From the NCBI RefSeq assembly GCF_018977255.1, contig NW_024704743.1, positions 36,334,001 through 36,398,000 of the forward strand: 64,000 bases of DNA, read 5' to 3'. This document shows, in pieces, positions 38,233-50,900 of this stretch. The first letter of the stretch is position 1. Every line of letters starts with the position of its first letter. Source of the stretch: Callorhinchus milii (taxonomy: Eukaryota). Position numbers and translations under genes: made by a program. The notes under the pieces were generated by a model, which was given only the letters and a program-made list of their open reading frames with translations, was not told where the DNA came from and ran no database searches.

Positions 38233-39395
38233 AACAACAACAACAACAAAATTACAGTTATAGAGCACCTTTCATGTCGGGAGGACGTCCGAAAGCGCTG
38301 AACAATCAGCTGTTGGGGCCCGAGCATGGGGGAGGGGTGGTGTAGGGGTGAGGGAAGGCAGAGAGGTGGGAGGGCAACCAAAGACATGAGAAGGGTCTTG
38401 AGACCGGCCTTGAAGGAGGCAAGGGAGGAAACGAGGCGAAGGGACTGTGGGACGGAGTTCCAGAGTGTGGGGGAAGAGAAGCTGAAAGCCCGGCCACCGA
38501 TGGTAGAACGGGTCGGGCGGGAGACATGGAGCAGGCCGGAGCCCACTGAGCGGAGGGAGCGGGCAGGTTGGTAGGGAGTCAGCAGTTCAGAGAGGTAGGA
38601 GGGGGCAAGACCATGGATGGCCTTGAAAGTGAGGATGTGGATCTTGAACTCTATCCTCTGGGGGATGGGGAGCCATGGAGTTGGGCGAGGGTGGGAGTGA
38701 TAGGGTCACGGAGCCTGGTGCGCGAGATTACACGAGCTGCAGAGTTTTGGATGATCTGCAGCTTGTGAAGGGAAGAGTTGGGAAGGCCGATGAGGAGGGA
38801 GTTTCTGTAATCGAGCCTTGATGTGACGAATGTGTGGGTGAGGGTTTCGGCAGCCTAGGGGTGAGGCAGTGGCGGAGCAGCAGGTCATGGCACCGATGTG
38901 GGGTAGAAAGGATAGTTGAGGGTCAAACAAGAAGCCAAGGTTCCGGACTGACTTAGTAAGGTGGAGTGTGTAACCATGGATGGTGATGCTGTCAGCGCCT
39001 GAGGTGTAGAGGCGCTGACGGTAGCCAATCAGGAGAGCCTCGGTCTTGTTGACATTCAACTGTAGAAAGTTAGCTCTCATCCAGGACTTGATGACTGACA
39101 GACATTCTGTCAGGATAGCAGTGGTCCTGGAGTCAAGGGTGGAGGCGGAGAGGTAGAGTTGGGTGTCATCCTCATATATGTGGAAGTTGACCCCATGTCT
39201 GCGGACAATGTCACCAAGAGGGAGCATATAGATATTGAAGAGGAGGGGACCAAGGACAACTGAGGAACACCGCATGAGATGGTACGGGGGCTAGAGGAGA
39301 AACTGTTTGTGGAGATGAAGTGGAGGCAGTGTTAGAGGTAGGATCTGAACCCTTCAAGGAAGAACCGTGAAGGTTGAGGTTAACAGTGTGCAAAT
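38233..39395 (-). mobile_element. 5'-truncated L2
   Basis: LGPLLFNIYMLPLG, YEDDTQLY, NFLQLNVNKTE, GGRAFSFSSPTLWNS; (gtt)n tail. Confidence 0.93.
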
Positions 39396-39489
39396 CAATG
39401 TACCGAGGGAATTGCAGATGCTTTTAATTATATGATAATCAAATAATGTAATGAATAGCAGGAGACAAACTAGATGTACTGTATTAGCA

Positions 39490-39720
39490 ACTCACTTTCC
39501 TCTGACGTCTCTGCCTTATCATCGGTGGCCGAGCATACACGTTCTACACTACCTAACCTCTGGAACTCCCTCCCTCTACCACTCTGTCTCGCCTCTCTAT
39601 TTGTCTTTAAGTTCCAACTTAAAACTTACCTTTTCCAATGCTCCTATAGTCATCGCTCCTTTCATTCCTCCTCCTCCTCCTCCTCTGCCTCTTCCTCCTC
39701 CTCCTCCTCCTCTCCCTTGC
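39490..39720 (+). mobile_element. Old L2 3' fragment with (CCT)n microsatellite at 39667-39712
   Basis: PNLWNSLP...FKFQLKTYLF, then a (cct)n tract. Confidence 0.7.
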
Positions 39721-39721
39721 T

Positions 39722-39992
39722 TGGCGAAACCTTGGGTAAGTTTCCTTACTCCACTCGCCTGATAATAATCCCTAAAAAAAACAATAATAAATTGGTCATT
39801 TCAATCCATGACTGTTTGTGGGACACTGCTGTGCGCAATTGGCTGCTGCGTTTCGCCCACAAATTTCCCTCCCTAGCGTTTCGCCCACAAATTCACTTTA
39901 CAGTCTATTCTGTGAAGTGCTTTGAGACGTCTAGAAGACATGAAAAGTGCTATAACAAATGCAAGGATTATTATTATATTATTATTATTATA
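39722..39992 (+). mobile_element. tRNA-Ala SINE, short subtype, lacking the tRNA head
   Basis: Starts ggcgaaaccttggg; internal duplication of gcgtttcgcccacaaatt. Confidence 0.88.
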
Positions 39993-40844
39993 TTGGCATC
40001 CCACCTCATCTTTCCACCATGGTCCAAGATGCTACTATATGTGAAAAATGCAATATAAATGCAAACTGTTATTGTATTATTGCAAACCATCAAAGTTTCT
40101 CATAATTTAAAGTGGAGTATTGAAATAACACTCATTATCAATTAAAATCGAGTGTCATTAGCTGTAATATAAAACATTAATAAGTGAAAAGTTACTTCAG
40201 TCTGAAAGAAATAATGGGAACATTTAGCTGCAGTGGGATGTTCTGAAATGATTCAGATACAATTGCAGTACAGGTCTCTCTCATAGAACAGGTAGAAAAT
40301 TATCATGATGGGAAGATGAGTTGAGTCAGTAATTGAAGCAACCCTTTCGGGTCTCCATGATGAGGCACTGGTGGCTTTTGGCATTGACAGTATAAAGACT
40401 CTGATGGTAAAAGCCTCACTAACACATTAAAATGCCTACTGAGTGACTTAGAGTCTCAATTTTTGTGTCAACCAGCAACCTTTCCTTTCCTGAAAGTCGT
40501 TCCCTGTACTCAATCCCTCAACAATATTACATAAATCAGTGAAAGTTCAGTGTTTGACAAGCCACTGTGCACTTTGACTGGTGAAAACTGATGTCCCCAT
40601 TTAGTTATGGGGGTTGTAATTTGGTATGATGCTGGTTAGAGTTGGATGACAGGTTGCTATTTTGTCACAGATGATTTCTGACCTATTTCTTCCACCTATG
40701 TTTTATATTGTCAAATAGGCATCATACGTTTTTGGAGCTGTGCAGAAGCTCCTCAGAAAAAGTTGAGGTTTCATTTGCAATGGATCACGGAATGCACTGA
40801 GAATGCTGGTGTTGTCAAAGGCCCCCAAAACAATGCGTCTTTGT

Positions 40845-41200
40845 AGGTGATCCTGGCTCATTTGGTCAAACTCTTGCCTCTGAAGGTTGTGGGATTGAAG
40901 CCCCAGCTCAGAACTTGTACTTGCATAGTCTAAGCTGACACTCCAATCCAAGTCCTGGGTGGGTGTTGATGAAACGTTCAACCAAGGTTCAATCTGCTTG
41001 TTCAGGTGAATGTTAAAGATCCCACGGCACCATTAGAAAAGAGAAGGGAGTTTCTCCCTATGGCCCTGGTCAATAATCCTCCGAATAAAACTGGTTATTC
41101 ACTTCATGACTGTTTGTGGGACATTGGTACACAGAAATTGACTGTTGCATTCACCTACAGAATACAGAGGCACTAGACTTTACAGTACATGCTGTGAAAT
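40845..41200 (+). mobile_element. Old Deu-domain SINE, tail replaced by minisatellite
   Basis: Deu core ccaaggttcaatctgcttgttcaggtgaatgttaaagatcccacggcac. Confidence 0.78.
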
Positions 41201-41204
41201 AGGA

Positions 41205-41590
41205 TGCAGGGTTGAAACGTGTGAGAGAGACGGGGATAGGATCAGGGTTACACAGTGAGAGAGAGATATGATTAGGGTTACACAGTGAGAGGGGAATAGG
41301 GTCAGGGTTACACAGTGAGAGTGGAATAAGGTCAGGGTTATACAGTGAGAGAGAGATATGATTAGGGTTACACAGTGAGAGGGGAATAGGGTCAGGGTTA
41401 CACAGTGAGAGGGGGATAAGGTCAGGGTTATACAGTGCGAGCGAGAGAGGAGGACAGAGAGAGAGATAAGGTCGGAGTTATACAGTGAAAGAGAGATAGG
41501 TTCAGGGTTACACAGTGAGAGAGAGATAGGGTCAGGGTTACATAATGTGAGAGAGAGAGATAGGGTGCAGGATTACGCAGTGAGAGAGGC
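41205..41590 (+). repeat. 30-bp minisatellite, ~12 units
   Basis: Unit approximately cagggttacacagtgagagagagatagggt. Confidence 0.92.
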
Positions 41591-42309
41591 CAGTGGATTA
41601 TTCTAATGCTGTCTTTTGAATAATAGAGAGACAGTATAGTTAGTGCTCACTTACGAGAAAACCACTTTTTTCTTGTAGAATCCTAATACCCGTAATTAAG
41701 ATAATTACTGTAATTTAGTTATTTTCGGGCTTATCGCCTTTTTACAGCAATTATTAAGTAATGTGGATTCCTGCTTTTTATACAAAGCTATGTGAAATGC
41801 AATGGTTATTAATATTATTGAACCGGCCCTTGCGTCAGATTAAAAGTGGGGAATGACTGAGAGACAATGCATTTAGAGGAAAACCAGATTACAGATACTA
41901 TTCAGGGCCCATAGATAACTGTTGTCTGTGAACAACGGAAGTAGCTGATCATATTGTTAATGGCATTGGATGTCATTGCACTTCTTCATTAGCATACAAT
42001 GACAATGGGAAACAAAAATGAGATTGACTCGAGTAATGGTGAAGTCCTCATGGGGAAAAGTGTTTAGCAATGACCTTAAGCTTTAATTGGGGGTAATTTC
42101 AATTTGGAAATGTACATAGGCTGAATTGGTTTTGATGAGACTGCTATACATTATTAATGACTCATTGGTAAGACCTGGGTTACTGTAAAAGGTTTGTAAA
42201 CCTTCATTTAAATATGCCTCACAGACCCGATATGTGCAAAGTAAGGCATTGGGGTCTAATTTACGTAGAATTACATAGAACATATCAAATGCAGGGATTA
42301 TTATTATAC

Positions 42310-42520
42310 AGAATGTGATAGCACAGAAACAAACCATTGGACCCAACTATTCTGTGCTGGTGTGTACACTCCATGTGAGCCTCCACCTCTCTTAATTCCC
42401 TCTCTCATTCCTCACTATTACTTTCTCCCTCATATATTCATTAAGTTTTTTCTTAACTACATTGATGCTTTCCACTTCAGCCACAGTTTCGGGCAGTGAG
42501 TTCCACATTCTCGCTAGTAA
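42310..42520 (-). mobile_element. Old CR1 3' end fragment
   Basis: gcacagaaacaaaccattggaccc... is homologous to 63870-64000 and to the 3'UTR near 22450-22510. Confidence 0.65.
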
Positions 42521-43230
42521 TAAAGTTGTGTTGTTCAATGGGATTTCTTAATTATTTCTTATTAGTCTGAGCCATACAAATGAAGAATCCTTAAGGAATT
42601 ACATCATATCAACCAGTAAGAATACTGCTCTGACCAGATTTACTGAAACAGAACTTGTGCGTCTATAAAAATTCCAATGCAATTACATATTAAGGATTCC
42701 TGTTAGGATTTACTGCATATTAGTCCCCAATAATTGCAGCATTTGCAACAAATCAGTATATCGGAAATGACTCTATCTTTAAAATACCCTTTCCATCATG
42801 TTTCTCCACAGTTTAATTGTAGCAATAAGAAAATCATCATCATACACCTTTTACTGGACCAGCCTCACGGGTAGTTACCCATCCTGGGAATTAAGACCTT
42901 GTAAAGAGAACAATCAATACAGAGACATAGGGAATGCAGCATCCTGTAACCTATTGCTTTGCAAATTGTCTCAATATATCTCTCTAAACGACGCCGTGAT
43001 TGTTGTGTTTGTCACGCACTAGCTCTGTGTGATACACTTGCTCGTCAATAATCTCAACCCTGTAGTTGCAAACAATTTCCAGAAGAATTGGTTTTATACC
43101 TTCTGGTTGTGTCCACAGCCACCAGTGTAAACACCTGACTGACAACATACTAGTTTTCAATCTCACACTCAGAGAATCCACTCATTTCACTCAGGTTAAT
43201 TCAGATCATTTTATCTTACACCTGTCTTTC

Positions 43231-43276
43231 TTTTACTCATCCAGATGTCTGACACATGTAGAAATCCATCACCATG
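43231..43276 (-). repeat. Unnamed dispersed repeat, copy C (3' terminal fragment)
   Basis: gtctgacacatgtagaaatccatcaccatg matches 37764-37793. Confidence 0.6.
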
Positions 43277-43757
43277 GACACCCGTTTGGAAATGAAAATT
43301 TTAAGAGAAATTGCATTTGGATGAACTAAAATTAGGTTACACTTTGTGAAAAAAACTTTTTTCTTGTGCCTTCCCTCACTTCTTTGCCTGTTTCTCTTCA
43401 TTTTTTAACACAATCTCTTTTTTCATTTCCACATGTAATTTCTGCTCTGTTTGACGTAATTATATCAGTTTGTTTAAGGTCACCGATGTAATATCTCCCG
43501 TTATCAAATTCTGTTTCTGTAACTCTCATGTGGAGAAATGCCAGTGGAAAAGAACACTGTATCAACATTATTGATTCAAGTTCCCTCTCGCTTTTTATTA
43601 ACTCATTTATCAGTGAATTATCTGGAGCTAACTTTTCAATCTTTACACCTAGCCATACAATTATTCTGTATTCAAGCAACACAAATTGTCATTCAGATGG
43701 CTCTCCTTGTTCAGGTTAACTGTTTCCTCTGCTGTCTTTTCCTATTTCAGAAGTCAG

Positions 43758-44354
43758 GTGTCAGCCTGGCTCAATTGGTTACATTCGTATCTCTGAGTCA
43801 AAAGTTTGGAGGTTAAAGACCAGGTCAGGACTCTGAGCCCACAGTCAAGGTTGACACTCCAGGCCAGCACTGGGGAGGCACCGCAATGTTAGACATTCCA
43901 TCCTTTGGATCAGAAGTTAAACCAAGGTCCAGTCTGCCTGTTTAGGTGGATGTTAAATATCCCGTAACACGAAACAAAAAGATAAGGGAGTTTCTCCCAG
44001 TGTCTCAGCCAACAATCCCCCAGATTAAGCATTTGGTCATTTACTTTGTGGAGTCCTGTAGCTCAGTGGTTAGAGCACTCGCTTTGCAAGCGAGAGACCT
44101 GAGTTCAATTCCAGGCAGGGCGAAACCTTGGGCAAGTTTCCTTACTCCACACGCCTAATAATAATCCCTCCAAAAAACCAAAAACAATAATTAAAATTGG
44201 TCATTTTCAATCTACGACTGTTTGTGGGACATTGCTGTGCGCAATTGGCTGCCGCGTTCGCCCACAAATATACAGTCAATTCACTTTACAGTGTGTTCTG
44301 TGAAGCGCTTTGGGACATCCTCCCGACGTGAAAAGCGCTATATCAAATGCAAGG

Positions 44355-44388
<34 letters not shown>

Positions 44389-44511
44389 TACTTTATGGCT
44401 ATTTGTGGGACAATTGTCAGTTGCACTCACCTACAAATACACAGACACTACAGAAAACTCTGTGAAATGCCTTGATGTGATAAGGTGCAATACCAAACAT
44501 AAGGATTATTA
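43758..44511 (+). mobile_element. Old Deu-domain SINE interrupted by a young SINE
   Basis: Head and Deu core at 43758-44049; remainder (ggctatttgtgggac...aaggattatt) at 44388-44511. Confidence 0.8.
44050..44387 (+). mobile_element. Young full-length tRNA-Ala SINE, short subtype, with TSD
   Basis: Intact A/B boxes and long (tat)n tail; flanked by ttactttgt (44041) and ttactttat (44388). Confidence 0.95.
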
Positions 44512-45248
44512 TCACACAGTCCTTCACGCACAAATTCGATCTCCTTGAAGTGCACATATATGTGAATAAATCACAAGCATTACCCAGAAGTATTTGTTAG
44601 GTAAATCAGCAAGACCAAGGCAGTCTAATTGCAGCAGATAATTTGTATCTTAGACTTAGACCTCATTGAACTAGCAGTGGTTATTCATGGTATTAATCAA
44701 TTTAGATATATTTGCCAGCCTTGGTACAAAAGGCAATTCCATTCAATAATCTGCTGCAATTAATCGGCACCATTTTCTTGACGTCATCCAATTGTTAGTC
44801 AATAACCATGTTCAGATATCCCTGTCACCTATTCCTTGTTCTAAGACCCCTCATATATTTCCATTGAAGGTGGCGCTTGATTCAAGTGACCCGACTGCGT
44901 GACTAACTGCTCCTGTTCCATTCTACTCTGTTATCGATGATGTGTCTCCAGCCTGGTTTCACAGACAATTATTATTCACTGAATTAACGCCAATTTTAGG
45001 CCTGACCTAAATGTATTCAAATGACTTTGAGAATCTAGAAGACGTGAAAAGCGCTATATCAAATGGAAGGATTATTATTATTATCTCTCCACTATCGTGC
45101 AACAGAGATCCCCCATAACCTAAATTCACACAAATCGGCATGATGTATCGCCAGTTACTGGGAGGCAGCTCCGCTTGGATTCCTTAATTAAGCAATGCCA
45201 TTAGAAATCACTTTATATTAGACTCTAATGTGATAGATGGTGATCAAA

Positions 45249-45450
45249 TTTTTTTGATCATCTGGGTGTCTGAAGAATGCGGAAGCTTATCACCATATTT
45301 AAGAGTATCCAAACCAACCTGAGAGTTCCATGCATCCCACCTATACATGGAAATTCCCAAGACATTTATTGGAATGGAGTGTGCACTCTCTCCCTCAGGG
45401 GATGCATCCTGCTTATCTAATTCTGGAGAATATTAGGCCAGGTTGGCAAG
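45249..45450 (-). repeat. Unnamed dispersed repeat, copy D (3' half)
   Basis: Matches 37745-37945. Confidence 0.78.
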
Positions 45451-46219
45451 AGCCAGAGTTTGTGTTGGTTTTGCTAAGTTTTGCTAATTACATTACTTTT
45501 CCCTGAAGGTAATACCCCTTTAAAACTAGAGACCAGCTCACCCAAGAGAGTCAGGGAAGAGAGTCCTTTCTAACAGAATTTTACTTTTGGTCTGAGATTG
45601 CAGCGCGGCTTGTGATCACTTCACACTAACACTTCACTCACAATATTATGAGCATCTAAAGTTGTTTGTTCTTCTGAACTACTTAGTCTGACATTTACTG
45701 TCAGTGGTGTTTCATCAAAGAATCCTTTTCTTCTGAGAGCAAGTTGTCTTGAACTATCTCTTCATTTCAGAAAACTCCAAACTCTTTCACCGATGAAAAT
45801 GCATGAAAGGGCATTAGATAAAGGAAGTGTATTTAGTTTAAAGGCATTGGACTGAAGGAGATGCCTGCTTTAAGCAGCTATTCCTGTTTTATATTTAGTC
45901 CTTTAATTTCTTTATGTTCTATTGTTTTTCAGTGATAATGTATCCCGGCTGGTTGTTTTGCATAGTCTTCAGCCACTGTATCCTTGGTCTCTGGAACTTT
46001 TTGTCAAAATATCTTCACTTTGCATCTTCTCTCCCTGTTAATCATCAAAACCCTCTTAAAATGTTATCTCTTTGCCCATGCTTTTGGTCAAAAAACCCTA
46101 ATTTCCTCCCTGCTGAGTTATCCCCATTGTCCTTGTGAACAGTTTCAAGACCTTCATCCTACATGAAAGATACTATATAAATATGAGTTATTCTTTGGAC
46201 AATTGAGGATATATACAAA

Positions 46220-46470
46220 CATAATCCTTGCCTTTGATATAACACTTTATAATGTTATCTAAATTTTTCACAGTGCTTCACATGATTTATTCCAAAGTGT
46301 AGTGTATCTGTAGGCAAACATTACAACTAATTTGTATTTAGCAATTTCCCCAAAACAGCCATGAAGTGAATGAGCAATTTCTAATTTGGGGGATTGTTGA
46401 CTAGTACACCAGGAGAAACTCCCTTTTCTTTTTAAGTAGTGCCACCTGAACAGGCATCCACCTAACAACA
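46220..46470 (-). mobile_element. Old Deu-domain SINE fragment
   Basis: aacagccatgaagtgaatga...acaccaggagaaactcc...cacctgaacaggca. Confidence 0.7.
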
Positions 46471-46689
46471 ACTCTATGTTTGCTTCTCTTCATCCAGTTC
46501 TCTATCTGTATTTATCTGCCATAAATTGCCTCTAAAGTATTAATGTTCCCACTCTTAATCTGTGGGCCCCTTGATCATACAATCCCAATAGAAATCTAGG
46601 ATTGGGTTCTGAATATAGTTGGATCCTGTTATACTGTTTCAGTCGATATGTAATAAATCGTTATATAATAAATACATTTCTTATACAAT

Positions 46690-46872
46690 AATAAATTTGG
46701 TCACTCAATCCATGACTGTTTGTGGGACACTGCTGTGCACAATTGGCTGCTGCGATTCACCCACAAAATATACAGTCAATTCATTTTACAGTATATTCTG
46801 TGAAGCGCTTTGAGAATGTCTCAAAGACATGATAAGGCGCTATATCAAATGAAAGGATTATTATTATTATTA
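46690..46872 (+). mobile_element. tRNA-Ala SINE 3' half
   Basis: Matches 19200-19384. Confidence 0.88.
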
Positions 46873-47429
46873 CTATATATAGTCCAGGTGCAGCTTACTA
46901 TTAGTGCAGTATGCTTCCAGCTTCCTGCGGGGAGCTCACCACCACAGAAGGCCTCCAGCACCCCAGCAACCACTGGAATTGCTCATGAGAGAGTTTGGAG
47001 ACTTCCTGCACATGGATAGCATGATTCACTGCTGTGATTGGTGATCTGGTCACAACCATTACAATGCAAGATCTGATTTTATGAACCCAAACCACCATAT
47101 TGTAACTGAGTCAGACCGTAGTAACTAACATTCATGGTTTTTATCCTCTGGAAAGCACTCTATGTAGAATCAGCTGTCACCATAGTGCATTTATTGCTTT
47201 TATCGCAGTAGAAATGCTTTACTTAAGTAATAAAGTCCTCTATGAAGTAGAGAACAAGGCAATAAAAAGCCACTTAGCTTAACAAATATCAAGGCTATAC
47301 TTCATTTTAAATTGTAATATAGAAACCTTTTACACAAGTGCACTGTCTCATGAAGGACTTTATTGATGTTATATGTTTGCACAGGAGAGCTAAAATATTG
47401 CTATGGCGCTATATCATACGCTATATCAG

Positions 47430-47900
47430 TATTCCTGGGCACCGCTGATGACAGCACAGCCAGCTGGCTCATCGGCAGGATCTGGAAGGGCAGACCAGTC
47501 ATTGGGGCAGGGAATCATCCCAATCAGCTCCTGTTAACCCTGCAAGCCAAAGCCCTAATAGTGGAGGGTGGTCCTGGCTGGACAAGCAGCAGGAAAGCTT
47601 GTCAGACACCAATATCGATGGCAAACTATGTTGGTTTAGCTGGTTTGACTCCAGCAGAAAACCAACACACACTCTGGGGTCCCCAAGCCTTGGCTTTTGC
47701 CAACCTGCACCTAATACTTCTTTACGGAATTAGGTAAGCAGGATGTGTCCCTCCAAGTAGAGAATGCGCATTCCATTCCAACAATTTATCTCTGGGATTT
47801 CCATGTGTAGATGGGATACATGGAAATCTCATCTTGGTTTGGATAATTTTAGGAATGGTGATGGGTTTCCGCATGTGTCAGACGCCCAGTTGACCAAATA
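47430..47900 (+). repeat. Unnamed ~470-bp dispersed repeat, copy E (most complete)
   Basis: Reference copy; ends gtcagacgcccagttgaccaaataat. Confidence 0.82.
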
Positions 47901-50900
47901 ATGAGTGGGCATTCAAGTTCACTGTGATGTTTCTGCTGTATTGTAAAGGGAGATTTTGCAGTCGGTACAATCCCGCTAGCCCTCTATTCTATACTTCTTC
48001 TATACCTGATTAAAAATTGGTTTTGAACATTTGCTTGGTACAGCTCTTTGAAGTACCAACACAATGAGCTTCAAAGGCTCAGGGTTACACGATTGGGATA
48101 ATAATAGTAATATTAATAAGGGTTGTGTTTGATATAGCGTCTTATCACATTGTCGCAACATCTCAAAGAACTTCACAGGATTTTAAAGTAAAGTAAAGTG
48201 TATTGACTTTGTATTTTGTAGGATCTAATACAGGATTGCATTCTGATCTTAGCTATGTTGCTGTGGATGGGGGAACTTGGTGGCTACCAGAAAGATGGGC
48301 AACTCCAGGTGATGGAGTAGGTCAGGTGGGTGAGGTAAACTGTATGCTAACGTAGTTTTGGAGTAGCTGTGGAAAAAGTGGCTTGATGGGCTGAATGACC
48401 TTTTCTTGTCCACGTTTTCTTATGTCCTTAAGAGAAATACAGACTTAACTAAATATTAAATACTAATCATCCAATTACGAATAATCATCTTTATGTCATT
48501 CCCATCTATTCCAAGTCGTTGGTCTCGAGCTTCATATTTTGTCACAATATAAAATAGTAGGTGAGCAGTTAAGCAATGCTGTGGGTCAGAACATTTCCTT
48601 TAACCTCTGATGCCTGAGTTTGCATCAGTCAAGCCTTTATACCAGACCCTAAGTGGGTCTTGGAACTCACAACCTTCTGTGGAAGAGCTCCCAGCATTTT
48701 GACATCTATTTTATGGTCTTATTTACTCACATTTTCAACCAACCACTACAAAATCAATTTGCCCGTTAGATTTACAAGTTAAATTTAGCCAGGTCAGAAA
48801 GTAACATTGGTGGCAGATCATGGTTTTGAAAATTACCAACAAAGAAGGAAATCGTAAAACAACATATTCAGAACAATAACAAAAATCAGTAACTACAGTG
48901 TAGCCTGTGAAGAACAAAACCTGCTCATTTAATATTGCAATAGATAAGACTCAGACAAATCAGATTCACTCAAATAGTTCAGATCAACAAATCCCTCTTT
49001 CATTAACACTACAATAAGCTATTAAAAATGCAGTGAGTTTCTTCCAGTTGCTAATATCTGTACCAAATGTTGCAAATGATGATATACCCCCCAAAAAATC
49101 TGTGTCTAAAGCAAATACCATATTCAATTCTGAGAAATGTATTTTTGACAACTTTCAGAGTCCAACATGGTATGACTCATACATTCCAATTCTTCTATCT
49201 TGTTAAAATCAAACTGCAACATAATTCATCTCCACTTATCTATGTGTCAATAAATCATCTGACAGGTTCGCATTGTCCTTAATTTGCTTTGGCAGTAGCA
49301 TTTCTTTCACCAAATATTAAAAAGAAAATACATAAAAAGTATTAATGCTACTCTATTTAAATCCACACTTTTTTCCTCCAGGTTATTTGAATATTGCAGT
49401 ATCTAGGGTAATTGTGTAATCAAGCAATAAATATATTAAATAAGTCAATAATTTAAAAACATTTTAAGTGTGTTGGTGAAATCTTTTATCATTCATAACC
49501 ATGGATTGCCAACCTTGCATTAATTCAGTTACAGGATTCATATACAGTAGTACATTTACTGAATTGAAATCCAACAAAGGTTGTTGCTGTTTTGAAGATC
49601 CTGAAGAGAGAAAGTCCACTGCAGTACCATTCAGGTAGTATTTTAAGTGCTCTGGGACGCCGCCCAGTGTGGAGGGCACTATATAAATGCAAGTTGTTGT
49701 TGTTATTGTGTGGCTTATCAGTGCTTGGTCTCCAGTCACTTGTGTTGTAATGATGGATTTGCAGAAGGGTTGTTTAAGCACAGCAGGAATTCTGATGTAG
49801 ATTTACTGACTCGAAAATAATACCCAATTTACAGAACAAATTTATGCTTGACAGTGCCTTTGGCCATTTAACAGTGCTATCCCTCTGCTATTGAAAGCGC
49901 TCTGGTTTCATGTTAGGGTGATTTCTCTAGCGGGCAGGTTTAACAAAGTGCAGTAGTAACCCAAAGTATGCAGGTATCAGCCCAATTCGATCTGAATTTT
50001 CCACTCAGCTTGTACAGTGGTTTGTTCCTTCTCAATAACACTGAAAGTTGTGGATCGAAGAAATTGCCAGTTTAAAAGCGCACAGGTATTGCTTCATTCC
50101 AAGGCTCACCTTTGTTTCTTAGATGAATCCAAAGATGCTGTGTGGAAATACTAGGCTTATACGGGTTATCTACAGCTTTCCAGCTGCCACAAATGGACAC
50201 AAATAGGTTTGGGCTACCGGTAATATAGAAGCAGCTATTGACATTGACAGAATTAGTCATATGTGGCATTGTCTAAGATTGATGTTTCTCTAAGGAATAT
50301 TTAATTAATTATTAATGTATTTGTATCCCTTAGCTTCTCAGGTTTTAATGACCAGAACAACTTATTGTTATATTATATTCAGAAAAACCTACAGACCAAA
50401 TCAGGTAGGCATTAACAATACTGTATAAAACCTTCTTGTTTTTAAAGTTTAAATAATGCCATATTGTGAAAAAAATCTTACATGCAGATTTAATTTGGGA
50501 GACAGTTACTTAAGGTTCTTAAAAATAAATACATTTACAAATTGAGACCGGATTTTAAAAATTACCATCATTCTGTACAATCTTAAATTCTAAGAGAAAA
50601 TAATAATAATAATTCTTGCATTTGACATAGCTCCTTATCAAGTTGTTAAAGCAATTCACAAGATATACTGTAAGGTGGTGTGACTGTGTATTTTGTGGGT
50701 GAAATGGCCTTATATGTTAGGACTAGGTGGAATGTTAGGCCGAGTAATCTCCCACTATTACTAATTTGTGGAGATCAGTAGTCTTTTAAATATTCATCAT
50801 TTACCCTTGTCCCCATTCCCCAATAGATTGTGTTCCATTTGTGATTGCCAAATAAATGTTTTGCATATATCTTACTGGGAGAATGTCAGAAAGGTGTTGC

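Noticed and set aside
39474..40058. 194-aa ORF with poly-Ser
   Set aside because: Read-through of an L2 fragment, a (cct)n tract and a SINE.
41205..41590. CRISPR-like array or interstitial telomere
   Set aside because: Units are contiguous with no unique spacers and no cas genes; ttaggg occurs only singly within units.
43398..43719. Overlapping ORFs in unique sequence
   Set aside because: No recognisable domain and no matching splice-site pair.
47430..47900. Telomerase RNA or another known ncRNA pseudogene (taaccct word)
   Set aside because: No full template, pseudoknot or H/ACA features are visible; an Rfam search is needed to exclude it formally.
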